A DNA stretch of 64,000 bases from a bacterium (GTDB lineage: Bacteria > Actinomycetota > Acidimicrobiia > Spongiisociales > Spongiisociaceae). Under the pieces are notes generated by a model. That model was not told where the DNA came from. It did no database searches and saw nothing but the letters and a program-made list of their open reading frames with translations. Positions within the stretch are counted from its first letter, which is position 1, and every line of letters starts with the position of its first letter. Shown here piece after piece: positions 27,359 through 37,572 of this stretch. A program made the translations under genes and the position numbers. The stretch covers positions 5,797 to 69,796 of the forward strand of contig JAPPHZ010000011.1 in the NCBI GenBank assembly GCA_028820935.1, in the 5' to 3' direction.

Positions 27359-30097
27359 TCAACCCGTGTTGCGCATGCCCGCCGCGATGCCGTTGATGGT
27401 CAGGAGTAGTCCGCGCCGGTATCTCTCGGGGTCGCCTGAACGGGATCGTTTCAGTAGTTCCACCTGCAGCACGTTCAGCGGGTCCAGGTAGGGGTCACGC
27501 ACCGCCAGGGTCCGCCGCAGCAGCGGGCGATCGGCCAGCAGGTCGGCCCCGGTCACCCGCCGGAGTGAGGTAACGGTCAGAGCGTATTCAGCGGCGATCA
27601 TCTGGAGCATGGGCCGGCGCTCGACCGGTACCAGGTTGTCCACGTAGTGGCGGGCGATCGAGAGATCGGTCTTGGCCACGGTCATCTCGACATTGGAGAT
27701 GAAAGTGCGGAAGAAGGGCCACTCCCGGTACATCCGGGCCAGATCGGTCCCCAGCCCCGCCTCGGCGGCCGCCGCGAACCCGCTTCCCACCCCATACCAA
27801 CCGGGGACGATCTGGCGTGACTGGGTCCAGCCGAACACCCACGGAATGGCCCGGAGGTGGGTGACCCCGGCCGTCTGGTGTCGCTTCGCGGGGCGGGATC
27901 CGATGTTGAGCAGGCCGAGCTCCTCCACCGGCGTCGAGGTGGTGAAGTACTTGACCATGCCCGGGTCGTCGATGAACCGCCGGTAGGTCTCGTACGCGGC
28001 GGAGGACACGAGGCTCATGATCTCGTGCCATCGCCGTACGTCCTCGACGGCGTGGTGAGGGGCACGGTGGGCCAAGGACGCCTCCACCAGGGCCGAGAGT
28101 GCCAGTTCGAGGTTCCGGTGGGCGAGTTCGGCCAGACCGTACTTGTCGGCGATCACCTCGCCCTGCTCGGTGAGCTTGATGACGCCGTCCAGCGCTCCGT
28201 ACGGCTGGCTGAGGATGGCGGCATGGGTGGGGCCGCCTCCCCGGCCGACGGACCCGCCGCGTCCGTGGAAGACGTCGATCCGTATCCCGGAGCGGCGGGA
28301 GAGGTCGCGGATGGCCAACAAGGCCTTGTGGATCTCCCATTGCGAGGTGGTGATCCCTCCGTCCTTGTTCGAGTCGGAATATCCGACCATGACTTCCTGG
28401 ATCCCGCCGCGCAGATCCAGGAGCCGCCGGTAGGCGGGCACCTCCAGCAACTCCTCCAGGGTGGGACCGATCAGCCGCAGGTCGTCGATGGTCTCGAACA
28501 GCGGGACGAAGCCGAGGCGCGCCACGCCCCGTGCCGGATCGACCAGACCCACTTCGCGGGCCAGCATCATCGGGGCCAGCACGTCGTCCACTCCCCGGGC
28601 CATCGAGATGATGTAGGAGTCGATGACCTGATCGCCGTGCTCGTCTAGCAGATCCCTCAGCAGGCCGAAGAGATCCAGGGTCTCGTCATCCCCGGCGCCG
28701 GTACCCGGCGGCGCCACCGGCCGGGTACCGGAAAGCTCGCGGGCCAGGAACCCGGTCCTGCCTTGCCGATCCAGGTCGCCGTAGCCGGTACCGAGGTAGG
28801 AGGTGAGCGATGCGATTGCCCGGTGGTGGTGATCGGTGTGCTGGCGGATATCGAGCGCGGCCAGATGGAAACCGATCGTGGCCGCCAGCAGCCGGGTTCG
28901 CGCCAGCCGGCCGCGGGCCTGGAGGGTCCCTCGATTCTCCCGCAGGGAGGACTCGAGCACGGCGAGGTCGTTGAGGAGTTCACGCGGAGAGCGGTAGGCG
29001 CGCGGTCCGCCGTCGCGTGCCTCCACGAGGCGCTGGTGGACGATCGCCAGGCCCTGGCGGTAGGGCTCGCGGTCCTTGGTGGATTCCAGCGCATCGCGAT
29101 AGGACTCCCGGCTCCGGTCGACGAAAGATGCCAGCCCGTCCGATATCTCCGTGATGCGGGTGTTCGCGCTCAGTTCGCCGGCCAGACCCGCTACCTCGGA
29201 GATGAGAATCTCGAGGGCGGTCTGCCGCTGCTGTTCCACGACCGTGAGCGTCATCTCCGGTGTGACGTTGGGGTTTCCGTCCCGGTCGCCGCCCACCCAT
29301 GAACCGAACCGGATCGGGCTGGCATCGGTGCTCAGCTCGCCGCCGATCAGATGCACCGCAGCGGCGATGTTGTCCAGCAGGCCCGGTATGGCCTCGCGGA
29401 CGGTCTGTTCGAGGTAGTGGCGGACGAAGCGGGCTTCGTCGATCGGGTTCGGCTGCTGGTCGCGAAGCTCGTCGGTCTGCCAGATCGCCTCGATGAGTTC
29501 CTCCACCCGGCGGTCGACACGCGCCCGATCCGCCTCGGAGGTTCTCGGGTTGCTTCTGGTCGCGGTGGCGTCGGCGATCTCGCTGAGCTTCTCGAGGACC
29601 GTGCGGCGGGTGGCCTCGGTCGGATGGGCGGTGAAGACCGGCTTCAGCACCGTCCGGTGGATCAGAGCGACGGCTTCGGCGGCCGGTATCCCCGACTCGA
29701 CCAGCGCGACGAGGCTCTCCTCGAATCCGCGTTCGAGCGTGTCCCCCTCGGCGTTCAGATCCTCGACCCGATGGACCTGCTCGGTCACGTTGGCGAGATG
29801 GAAGTAGACGGTGAAGGCTTTAGCCAGCTGGAGGGCCGTTTCGAGATCCACCTCTCGCAGCAGCTCGGCGAGCTCATGGGACACCTCGACCTGTGCCGAC
29901 CGCAGCCGGCGGGACAGGGTCCGGACCCGTTCGACAGAGTGGAGTAGTTCCTGGCCGTGCTGCCGGACCAGTGTGTCGCCCAGTTGGCGGCCGAGGCGCC
30001 GGATATCGGCCCGCAGGTCGGCGTCGGCCAACTCGGTGGAGGCCCCTCGGCGCGACGGCTCAGGTGTGTCCGCGGTGGGTCTTGGCGTCGGTTTCAT
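27359..30097 (-). CDS. ppc: Phosphoenolpyruvate carboxylase
   Basis: The VFTAHPTE, FHGRGGSVGRGGGP and C-terminal LTINGIAAGMRNTG motifs are present. Confidence 0.9.
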   Translation of the reverse strand: MKPTPRPTADTPEPSRRGASTELADADLRADIRRLGRQLGDTLVRQHGQELLHSVERVRTLSRRLRSAQVEVSHELAELLREVDLETALQLAKAFTVYFHLANVTEQVHRVEDLNAEGDTLERGFEESLVALVESGIPAAEAVALIHRTVLKPVFTAHPTEATRRTVLEKLSEIADATATRSNPRTSEADRARVDRRVEELIEAIWQTDELRDQQPNPIDEARFVRHYLEQTVREAIPGLLDNIAAAVHLIGGELSTDASPIRFGSWVGGDRDGNPNVTPEMTLTVVEQQRQTALEILISEVAGLAGELSANTRITEISDGLASFVDRSRESYRDALESTKDREPYRQGLAIVHQRLVEARDGGPRAYRSPRELLNDLAVLESSLRENRGTLQARGRLARTRLLAATIGFHLAALDIRQHTDHHHRAIASLTSYLGTGYGDLDRQGRTGFLARELSGTRPVAPPGTGAGDDETLDLFGLLRDLLDEHGDQVIDSYIISMARGVDDVLAPMMLAREVGLVDPARGVARLGFVPLFETIDDLRLIGPTLEELLEVPAYRRLLDLRGGIQEVMVGYSDSNKDGGITTSQWEIHKALLAIRDLSRRSGIRIDVFHGRGGSVGRGGGPTHAAILSQPYGALDGVIKLTEQGEVIADKYGLAELAHRNLELALSALVEASLAHRAPHHAVEDVRRWHEIMSLVSSAAYETYRRFIDDPGMVKYFTTSTPVEELGLLNIGSRPAKRHQTAGVTHLRAIPWVFGWTQSRQIVPGWYGVGSGFAAAAEAGLGTDLARMYREWPFFRTFISNVEMTVAKTDLSIARHYVDNLVPVERRPMLQMIAAEYALTVTSLRRVTGADLLADRPLLRRTLAVRDPYLDPLNVLQVELLKRSRSGDPERYRRGLLLTINGIAAGMRNTG

Positions 30098-30185
30098 GCG
30101 CAGTGGCTCGTCACAGCCGGTCCAATGGCCATTCTCGCAGTACGGGACGCCGGCACGTTCGCTCTCATCTCTAGGCCGAGAAAGT

Positions 30186-30212
30186 GGAGGGCGCCGGTAG
30201 CCGGCGCCCTCC
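30186..30212 (-). terminator. 12-bp perfect hairpin GGAGGGCGCCGG-TAGC-CCGGCGCCCTCC, likely terminator of the opuA operon
   Basis: It lies 33 nt downstream of the opuAC stop on the minus strand and is followed by CACUUUCUC on the transcript. Confidence 0.45.
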
Positions 30213-30244
30213 AGGTTCGTGCTCGGTTGTCGGTCGGGATCGGA

Positions 30245-31672
30245 CTAGCCGGCGGCCAGAGCCTCCGCTATCCAGGCGTCAACCTGAGCCTGATTGTTGG
30301 CGATCCACTCTGCGACCAAGGCACTGACATCCTCGCCGGCATCCTGTCTGACGATCTGCAGCGACACGTCTACGACGTTGAGCCTTACGATCTCCAGCAG
30401 CTTCGCCGCGGCCGGGTGATTGGCCAGCATGTCGTGGCGTGCGGAGGCGATGACATCGGCTGCTACCCAACCAATGTCGCAGACCCCGTCGTCCGCCGCG
30501 CTCGGGCAGGCATCGGCGCCGATCGCGGGAGAGGTGCCAGGCCTCTGGTCCCATTCCTCTCCGCCTTCACGGCCGAGCGGATTGGAGTTGTCGATCGGGT
30601 TCTCGACGCCGACCCACACGACATTGTCGCCAGGACGCAGAGCCGTGATGTACGAGCTCGGGGTCCACGTGTACGCCACCATCGGCTCGCCGGCGTCAGC
30701 CTTGGCCGTGGCCTCCGCGAACATGGCGTCGTAGCCTGCCAGCACCTGATCGATGTTCTGCCATCCGGAGAAGGCGATCTGGCTCTGGATGATGTCGTCA
30801 CAGGTCCAACTCTCCGGGCATCCGTAGATGTCGGCGATGCCGTTGCCCGGGTTGAAGTCCTGTGCGTCATAGGCCGCGATGGCGTCGGCGTTGTTGTTCA
30901 GATCATCGAGGGTGGCTATCCCGTACTCCTCGGCGAACGACTTGGTGATCAGGTAGCCCTGCAAGCCGCCAGCGAGCATCAACTCACCGACCCGCCTCAC
31001 GTGCTCACCGACCAGGGAGCCGTCCGGCAACTCCGCCGCCAGCCAGCTGTTGTGTCCCGGGTACCAACTGTTGACCCAGAAGTCGGCCTCACCCTGAGCC
31101 ATTGCCAGGTAGGCCAGGTTGGGGCCCAACTCGAGATCGGCGGGATCGGACACCTCGTAGCCCAGCATCTGCATCATCTGGCGCATCAACTCGGCCTGGA
31201 AGTAACCCGTCGACCAGTTGGCTCGGGCCATGGTCAGGCTGACACCTTCACCGGGCAGCCGCGCGGCCTCCGCTTCCATAGCGGCCTGCTCCTCGGCGGC
31301 CCTCGCCTCGGCCTCTGCCTCCATGGCTTCGGCCTCGTCCAGCGCAGCCTGGGCATCTGCCATCATGGCTTCGGCGTCGGCCTGTGCCTGGGCAGCTGCG
31401 GCCTGCTCCTCATCCGACATGGCCTCGGCCTCTTGGGCCATGGACGCGGCTTCCTCCGCAGCGGCTTCCGCCTCGGCCATCATGGCCTCGGCGTCGTCCA
31501 TCATGGCCTGGGCCTCTGCCAGGGCGGCCTCGTCCACCACAACCTCTGTCACCGTCACCGTTGCTGGGGGTGCGGTCGTAGCTGGTTCGTCAGCGGTGTC
31601 ATCTCCACAGGCTGCTGCCACGAGAGCGAGAACAGCCAAGACTGCGGTGACTCTGATACTGAGTTTCATCAT
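30245..31672 (-). CDS. opuAC: Glycine betaine/proline ABC transporter substrate-binding lipoprotein (OpuAC/ProX) with a roughly 100-aa Ala/Glu/Met-rich insert after the lipobox
   Basis: A lipoprotein signal (LVAAAC) is followed by the AEAMM/AEAEA low-complexity stretch and then the ProX-like domain. Confidence 0.8.
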   Translation of the reverse strand: MMKLSIRVTAVLAVLALVAAACGDDTADEPATTAPPATVTVTEVVVDEAALAEAQAMMDDAEAMMAEAEAAAEEAASMAQEAEAMSDEEQAAAAQAQADAEAMMADAQAALDEAEAMEAEAEARAAEEQAAMEAEAARLPGEGVSLTMARANWSTGYFQAELMRQMMQMLGYEVSDPADLELGPNLAYLAMAQGEADFWVNSWYPGHNSWLAAELPDGSLVGEHVRRVGELMLAGGLQGYLITKSFAEEYGIATLDDLNNNADAIAAYDAQDFNPGNGIADIYGCPESWTCDDIIQSQIAFSGWQNIDQVLAGYDAMFAEATAKADAGEPMVAYTWTPSSYITALRPGDNVVWVGVENPIDNSNPLGREGGEEWDQRPGTSPAIGADACPSAADDGVCDIGWVAADVIASARHDMLANHPAAAKLLEIVRLNVVDVSLQIVRQDAGEDVSALVAEWIANNQAQVDAWIAEALAAG

Positions 31673-31738
31673 GCTCCTTTCTGGTTCGTTTCTTGAGTTC
31701 GGTTTGGCGGGAGTCCCTACTCCCGCGTGGGTGGGGGT

Positions 31739-33907
31739 TCACATACGGGCTCCGACCGTGGCCGCTGCTGCGGTGTCGGGCTCGGCTTTCGAATCCGACG
31801 GGTCTCCGTAGACCTTGGAACGCCGGAATTCCTTGAGTACGGCCATGGTGGAAGCCAGTATCAACAGTCCGCTGACCAAGGTAACGAAGGCTCCGAATCC
31901 CGTCAGGAACTGGTTGTCGCCGGAGCGGACATGCGTGAAGATCCATGCGAAGGCGATACACGTCACAGCGCTTCCCAGCCCAGCTGTCACGGTACTCCAA
32001 CGCCATCTCCACTGCTCATTGCCGCCGAATACTCCCGCAGCGGGAAGGCCGGTCAACATAGCCAGCACTCCGGCAATCAGTGCCCAGAGGCCGAGTCGCG
32101 GGCCGCTGCCGACGAGACCGTTGGTGAACGATGCTTGCCTGGCTTGGGCTTCCAGGACAAGGAGATCGGCCGCGTATACGGCCTGATTCTCTGGATCCTC
32201 ATCCGCGCTGCGTTTGAGTTCCTCTATCTCTATGGCCCGCGCTTCGGCTTCCGCCATGGCCTCAGGTGTGAGGGCTCTATCCGGACGGCTGTCAGCACTC
32301 CAACCGGAGAGCACGCCGACAAGGAGAACGAGGATCGCGATCCCCAGGCCGATGATCCTCCCCCAGTTTATTCCCAGCGGGAGCGGGTGGAGCGGCGCGT
32401 GTTCTGCGACCCTTATCCACAGAATCGCTCCGACCGAGCCGATAAGCCCTCCTGCCAACGCTAGGTACACACCGATACCCTGGCCGGGATCCGCGGCGCC
32501 AACTGCAATCCTGGCGTCGGTCACTGATTGGGCCAGCCAATGAGCGGAAGATACGACCAGTATGGAGATTGCAGCGATGACCGTCCCATCTACTGCCAGC
32601 CATCGGGGCGCTCGGCCCGGTCGGGCGCCGAAGGCCAGTACCGCAAGCACCACGAACAGACCCAGCGCCAGCACGGTTATACCGAACCAGGATCCTCCGG
32701 AGGCCGACAGGCCGCTGAAGACCTGACCAGCAAGTTCGCCTTCGAGAGAAGCGTCCGCCCACCTTCCAAAAGCGCTCATCTTGCCGGCATTCGATGTCCA
32801 TGGGAGGAAGGTGCTCACGATCGCTACTAAGCCTCCGATGAGCACCAGCAGCATCGGAAGACGCTCACGGTTGGAGACCGGGGCATACTCCTCGGCTTCC
32901 TGGTACTCGACTATGGCCGTTGGTTCCGTATCGGGGATCAGCACCTCCGGATCGCGGCGATGCTTCCAAGCCAGTTGAACCCGCTTGAAAAAGTTGGTGG
33001 ACTCGGTGCCCTGGCGCTGCGACATGCGGTCGAGCACGACTGCCACCAGGAAGAAGGCCAAACCTCCGGCCGCGCCTTCTCCGACATCCTGGTTGTTTAT
33101 GGCCCGTAGCAGCACGCGCCCGAGACCGAACGAGCCCATGAGCGCGGCGATCCCGAGCATCGAGATGGCTAGGAGGAGGGTCTGGTTGATGCCGGTCATG
33201 ATGGCGGGCCGCGCCAGCGGGATCTGGACGTCGAACAGGACGCGGGCCTCCGATGCGCCGTAGGCGCGGGAGGCTTCGACCACGTCGGAGGGTACTTGCC
33301 GGATGCCCAGATTGGTCAGGCGGATCAGTGGAGGGAGGGCATAGACCATCGTGACCATCGTGGATGAGACTTCGCCCAAGCCGAAGAACCAGATGAACGG
33401 CAACATGTAGACGAAGGAGTGAACCACCTGCATAGCATCGAGGATCGGTCGGGTCACCTGCCAGATGCTGTCCACCCTGCCACAGGCGATACCGACCGGG
33501 ATCCCGATCGCCACGCAGAGGATCACCGCCACCCCGATGAGCCCGATCGTGGCGGCGGTCTCTTTCCATTGTTCTTGGGCCAGCAATCCGCAGAGCATTA
33601 ACGCTGCAGCTACGAAAGTGGCAACCTTCAGGTTCCGGGTGAGCCACGCCACCAACGCCATCGCCAGCACGATCCACAACCACGAGATCTCGATGAGGAA
33701 GCCGCGCACCAGATTGCGGACCATGACCTCGAACGGCCAGGCGATGATATCGAGCACTGTCTCGAGGTTGACCGCTATCCACCTGGTGGCCTGTAGCATC
33801 CAATCCCCGAAGGGGATCTTCCACTCGTCGAGAATGGCGTTATCCCAGATCGGGATACGCTCCTGTGCCTGGGCAAGAATGGTGGAGGTGTCGGCAAGAA
33901 CTCTCAC
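31739..33907 (-). CDS. opuAB: Glycine betaine ABC permease (OpuAB/ProW) fused to a roughly 400-aa C-terminal polytopic membrane domain of unknown function
   Basis: The N-terminal 300 aa match ProW (EAS.AYGAS, LFDVQIPLARPAIMTGINQT). The C-terminal half has about 8 predicted TM helices. Confidence 0.8.
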   Translation of the reverse strand: MRVLADTSTILAQAQERIPIWDNAILDEWKIPFGDWMLQATRWIAVNLETVLDIIAWPFEVMVRNLVRGFLIEISWLWIVLAMALVAWLTRNLKVATFVAAALMLCGLLAQEQWKETAATIGLIGVAVILCVAIGIPVGIACGRVDSIWQVTRPILDAMQVVHSFVYMLPFIWFFGLGEVSSTMVTMVYALPPLIRLTNLGIRQVPSDVVEASRAYGASEARVLFDVQIPLARPAIMTGINQTLLLAISMLGIAALMGSFGLGRVLLRAINNQDVGEGAAGGLAFFLVAVVLDRMSQRQGTESTNFFKRVQLAWKHRRDPEVLIPDTEPTAIVEYQEAEEYAPVSNRERLPMLLVLIGGLVAIVSTFLPWTSNAGKMSAFGRWADASLEGELAGQVFSGLSASGGSWFGITVLALGLFVVLAVLAFGARPGRAPRWLAVDGTVIAAISILVVSSAHWLAQSVTDARIAVGAADPGQGIGVYLALAGGLIGSVGAILWIRVAEHAPLHPLPLGINWGRIIGLGIAILVLLVGVLSGWSADSRPDRALTPEAMAEAEARAIEIEELKRSADEDPENQAVYAADLLVLEAQARQASFTNGLVGSGPRLGLWALIAGVLAMLTGLPAAGVFGGNEQWRWRWSTVTAGLGSAVTCIAFAWIFTHVRSGDNQFLTGFGAFVTLVSGLLILASTMAVLKEFRRSKVYGDPSDSKAEPDTAAAATVGARM

Positions 33908-35139
33908 AGGTAGGTCTCCCGCTCGAAGCCGTCGATGAGTTGTTCGACCCGTCCCATTTCCTCCATGATGTGCCGCGGATCCAGGTTTCCGATCAGCCGG
34001 CCGTCGTCGTCCGTGACCGCGATGGGTAACCCCCTGCCGGCCGATGCATACACGTCGTTGAGCGTCGTCTCGGCGGTGGTGGTGTCGAAGTCATCCCTGA
34101 GGGCGACCGACATGTTGACAGACCCCATGCTCGCCACCCTGACGCAGTCGGCGATGGTCAGGAGCCCGGTGGGTCGACCGTTGGGGTCGCAGGCGAAGGC
34201 GCCGCTCCGATCACCTATGTGGTCCAAGGCATCGGCGAGGGACAAGTCGGGATCGATCGGTTTGGGTTCCAGCATGACTTCCCGACATTCGATCACGCGG
34301 CCTTGATCCACATCCTGGACAAACTCTGCCACATAAGCGGTGGCAGGCTCTGTGAGGATCTCTTCAGGGGTCCCGATCTGGACGACAGCGCCGTCCCTCA
34401 TGATGCACACCCGGTCGCCGATCCGCAGCGCCTCGTTGAGGTCGTGGGTGATGAACAGGATGGTCTTCTGTAGCTCGTTCTGGATCTCCATCATCTCGTC
34501 CTGCATCTGGCGGCGGATGAGCGGGTCGAGGGCTGAGAAGGCTTCGTCCATCAGCAGGATGTCGGGATCCGTGGCCAGAGCCCGTGCCAGCCCGACCCGT
34601 TGCTGCATACCGCCGGACAGCTCGCGGGGTAGGTTGCGGGCGTAGGGTTCGAGGCCCACCAACGACAGGGCCTTCATGGCGGCTGCGTCCCGCTCTGTCT
34701 TGTCGACTCCCTGGACCTTGAGGCCGTAGCCCACGTTGTCGATCACGTTCCGGTGCGGGAACAGGGCGAAATGTTGGAACACCATCCCCATCTTCTCGCG
34801 CCGGAAGGCCTGGAGCTGGGCGCCGTTCAGGGTCTGGACATCGGTTCCGTCGACCCAAACCTGGCCGGCCGTGGCGTCGAAGAGCTTGTTGACGGTGCGT
34901 AGAGCCGTGGACTTGCCGGATCCGGAGAGGCCCATGACCACGAATATCTCGCCCTGGGAGACCGAGAAGTTGACATCGCGGATGCCGATAACGTGGCCGG
35001 ACTGGCGCAGCACCTCGTCCTTACCCACCCCGGCCCGGGCGAGGTCAAAGGCCCTACCGTGAGGTTGGGGACCGAAAATCTTGTAAACGTCCTCGAGGCG
35101 AATCAGCCCGTCACCGGCCACGACCGCTCCCTTCCTCAC
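33904..35139 (-). CDS. opuAA: Glycine betaine ABC transporter ATP-binding protein with C-terminal tandem CBS domains (OpuAA/ProV)
   Basis: Walker A GLSGSGKST, signature LSGGMQQRV and Walker B LLMDEAFSALD are present. It overlaps the permease by 4 nt. Confidence 0.85.
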   Translation of the reverse strand: MRKGAVVAGDGLIRLEDVYKIFGPQPHGRAFDLARAGVGKDEVLRQSGHVIGIRDVNFSVSQGEIFVVMGLSGSGKSTALRTVNKLFDATAGQVWVDGTDVQTLNGAQLQAFRREKMGMVFQHFALFPHRNVIDNVGYGLKVQGVDKTERDAAAMKALSLVGLEPYARNLPRELSGGMQQRVGLARALATDPDILLMDEAFSALDPLIRRQMQDEMMEIQNELQKTILFITHDLNEALRIGDRVCIMRDGAVVQIGTPEEILTEPATAYVAEFVQDVDQGRVIECREVMLEPKPIDPDLSLADALDHIGDRSGAFACDPNGRPTGLLTIADCVRVASMGSVNMSVALRDDFDTTTAETTLNDVYASAGRGLPIAVTDDDGRLIGNLDPRHIMEEMGRVEQLIDGFERETYL

Positions 35140-35335
35140 TCGTCACCGCGTGCCTCGCACTTGATGACTCGCTCGGCCTCACCGCCTTATCATGACCTTA
35201 GTGTGGGACCGGCCGCTTTGCCCGACGAACCATCCATGTTTCTCACGATGCGGAACGGTACCGCATCGTAGCACACGGACCGGCAGGACTATCCGGGTAG
35301 GATTCCCTCGGCAATTCACTGTTCACGGAGTTTGC

Positions 35336-37105
35336 ATGAGTGCTTCCGGTAGGTTTCCCTCCGATCTCGAGATTGCCCAGGCCGCTCCGGTCACCCCGAT
35401 TTCCGAGGTCGCTCGCTCGATTGGGATCCGTGCCGATGAGCTGATTCCGTACGGCTCTACCAAGGCCAAGGTCCACCTCGACATATTGAAGCGGGTCGGC
35501 GCCCGTTCACCCGGCAAGTACATCGACGTCACCGCGGTAACGCCCACACCTCTCGGGGAAGGCAAGACCACCACCACGATCGGCCTTGTTCAAGGACTGG
35601 GCCTCCTCGGGAAGAAGGCCGTCGCCGCCATCCGCCAGCCCTCGATGGGACCCACCTTCGGGATCAAGGGCGGGGCGGCAGGGGGTGGCTACAGCCAGGT
35701 CATCCCCATGGACGAGTTCAACCTGCACCTGACCGGCGACATGCACGCCATTAGCGTGGCCCACAACCTGGCGGCCGCGGCCATGGATGCCCGCTGGTAC
35801 CACGAGGGGCGCATGAGCGACGCCCAGCTCGAGGCGATCGGGCTGGGGCGGCTCAATATCGACATGTTCCGGGCCCAGTGGCGCCGGGTGGTGGACGTCA
35901 ACGATCGGGCACTGCGCAACGTGGTGGTGGGCCTGGGCGGTCGTATCGACGGCCGGCCCCGCGAGACCGGTTACGACATCACTGTGGCTTCCGAGTTGAT
36001 GGCGATCCTGGCGCTCACCGACGGCCATGACTACGCCTCGGCGCTCCGCGACCTCCGGGCCCGCTGCGGTCGGATCGTCGTCGGAGCGGATACCGACGGC
36101 AACACCCTTTCCCTCGACGACTTGGGCGTGGGCGGCGCGGTGACCGTCCTGATGAAGGACACGCTGCATCCCACGCTGATGCAGACGCTCGAGGGCCAGG
36201 CCGCTTTCGTCCACGCGGGCCCGTTCGCCAACATCGCCCATGGCAACTCGTCGATCCTGGCCGACCGGGTGGCGCTCCAGCTCGGGGAATACGTGGTTAC
36301 CGAGTCGGGATTCGGGGCCGACATGGGCATGGAGAAGTTCTTCAACATCAAGTGCCGGGCCTCCGGTCTGAAGCCCGATGCGGTCGTCCTGGTGGCGACG
36401 GTGCGCGCCCTCAAGACCCATGGTGGCGGCCCTCGAGTGGTGGCCGGCCGGCCGCTCGCCCCGGCCTACACCGAGGAGAACCTGCCCCTGCTGGAGGCCG
36501 GCCTCGTCAACCTGATGGCTCACATCGAGAACGCCCGCCGCTTCGGGATCGAGGTGGTGGTGGCGGTCAATACCTTCCCGACCGATACGGAGAACGAGCG
36601 CCGGGTGATCAAGCGGGCCGCCCGGGAGGCGGGAGCTCTGGCGGCGGTCACGTCCAGCCACTGGGCCGATGGCGGCCGCGGAGCGCTGGAGCTGGCCGAG
36701 GCCGTGGTGGAGGCGTGCGAACAGCCCGCGGACTTCCGCTTCCTCTACCCGTCGGAGCGGTCGATCAAGGAGAAGATAGAGACCGTCTGCCGGGAGATCT
36801 ACGGCGCCGGCGGGGTCGACTACTCCGCCAAGGCGGCGCGCCAGATCGCCGAGTTCGAGCAGGCCGGGATGGGGAACCTCCCGATCTGCATGGCCAAGAC
36901 CCCTCTCTCGATCTCGCACGATTCGTCTCTGAAAGGGCGGCCGAGCGGGTTCACCGTGCCGGTCCGCGAGGTCAGGGCGTCGGTCGGCGCCGGCTTCCTG
37001 GTGGTTCTCCTGGGTGAGATTCGCACCATGCCGGGACTGGGGGCCCGGCCGGCGTACATGAATGTAGACATCGATGAAGACGGCAAGATCGTCGGCCTGT
37101 TCTGA
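35336..37105 (+). CDS. fhs: Formate--tetrahydrofolate ligase
   Basis: The PTPLGEGKTTTTIGL P-loop and overall FTHFS conservation are present. The real start is MSASGRF at 35336. The 48-codon upstream extension is non-coding-like. Confidence 0.9.
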   Translation: MSASGRFPSDLEIAQAAPVTPISEVARSIGIRADELIPYGSTKAKVHLDILKRVGARSPGKYIDVTAVTPTPLGEGKTTTTIGLVQGLGLLGKKAVAAIRQPSMGPTFGIKGGAAGGGYSQVIPMDEFNLHLTGDMHAISVAHNLAAAAMDARWYHEGRMSDAQLEAIGLGRLNIDMFRAQWRRVVDVNDRALRNVVVGLGGRIDGRPRETGYDITVASELMAILALTDGHDYASALRDLRARCGRIVVGADTDGNTLSLDDLGVGGAVTVLMKDTLHPTLMQTLEGQAAFVHAGPFANIAHGNSSILADRVALQLGEYVVTESGFGADMGMEKFFNIKCRASGLKPDAVVLVATVRALKTHGGGPRVVAGRPLAPAYTEENLPLLEAGLVNLMAHIENARRFGIEVVVAVNTFPTDTENERRVIKRAAREAGALAAVTSSHWADGGRGALELAEAVVEACEQPADFRFLYPSERSIKEKIETVCREIYGAGGVDYSAKAARQIAEFEQAGMGNLPICMAKTPLSISHDSSLKGRPSGFTVPVREVRASVGAGFLVVLLGEIRTMPGLGARPAYMNVDIDEDGKIVGLF

Positions 37106-37133
37106 CTTGTCGGCTGCAGCGGCGGGCGAGCGT

Positions 37134-37523
37134 GTGCAAGGGTCGGCCGCCTCGATCCGGTACCTGGTCATAGATTGTCTCGACCTGGATCGGTCGGCCG
37201 CATTCTGGGGTTCTTTACTCGGCCTGGCGCCGGGGAGGCGTCTCGACAACTACCTGTTCATGGGCCCGGTACTGCCCGGGTGCGATCTGGTTCTCCAGCA
37301 GGTGGACCGTGTCACGGCCGACAAGAGTCCGATCCACTTCGACATCGAGGGTTCGAACGAGGAGGACTTTGACAAGATCCTCGCGCGTACGGTGCAATTT
37401 GGTGGCAGAATCGTGGAGACGGTCACGGAGGCCGAGTACGAATTGACGGTGATGGCGGATCCCGACGGCAACGAATTCTGCGTGAACCGGATCCCGTTCC
37501 AATCGACCGTCGGTGCGACCTAG
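37134..37523 (+). CDS. VOC/glyoxalase-like family protein
   Basis: A small beta-alpha-beta-beta-beta fold pattern (YLVIDCLDLDRS ... HFDIEGSNEEDF ... DPDGNEFCV) is recognisable. The start is uncertain. Confidence 0.5.
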   Translation: MQGSAASIRYLVIDCLDLDRSAAFWGSLLGLAPGRRLDNYLFMGPVLPGCDLVLQQVDRVTADKSPIHFDIEGSNEEDFDKILARTVQFGGRIVETVTEAEYELTVMADPDGNEFCVNRIPFQSTVGAT

Positions 37524-37572
37524 GCGGGGGTGAACGGCCGTTGGTGGAGAGTGAGGGAAAGGAGGTGATGGA

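Noticed and set aside
35507-37249. 580-aa ORF antisense to fhs
   Set aside because: The plus strand has the FTHFS P-loop and full-length conservation. The antisense frame is low-complexity.
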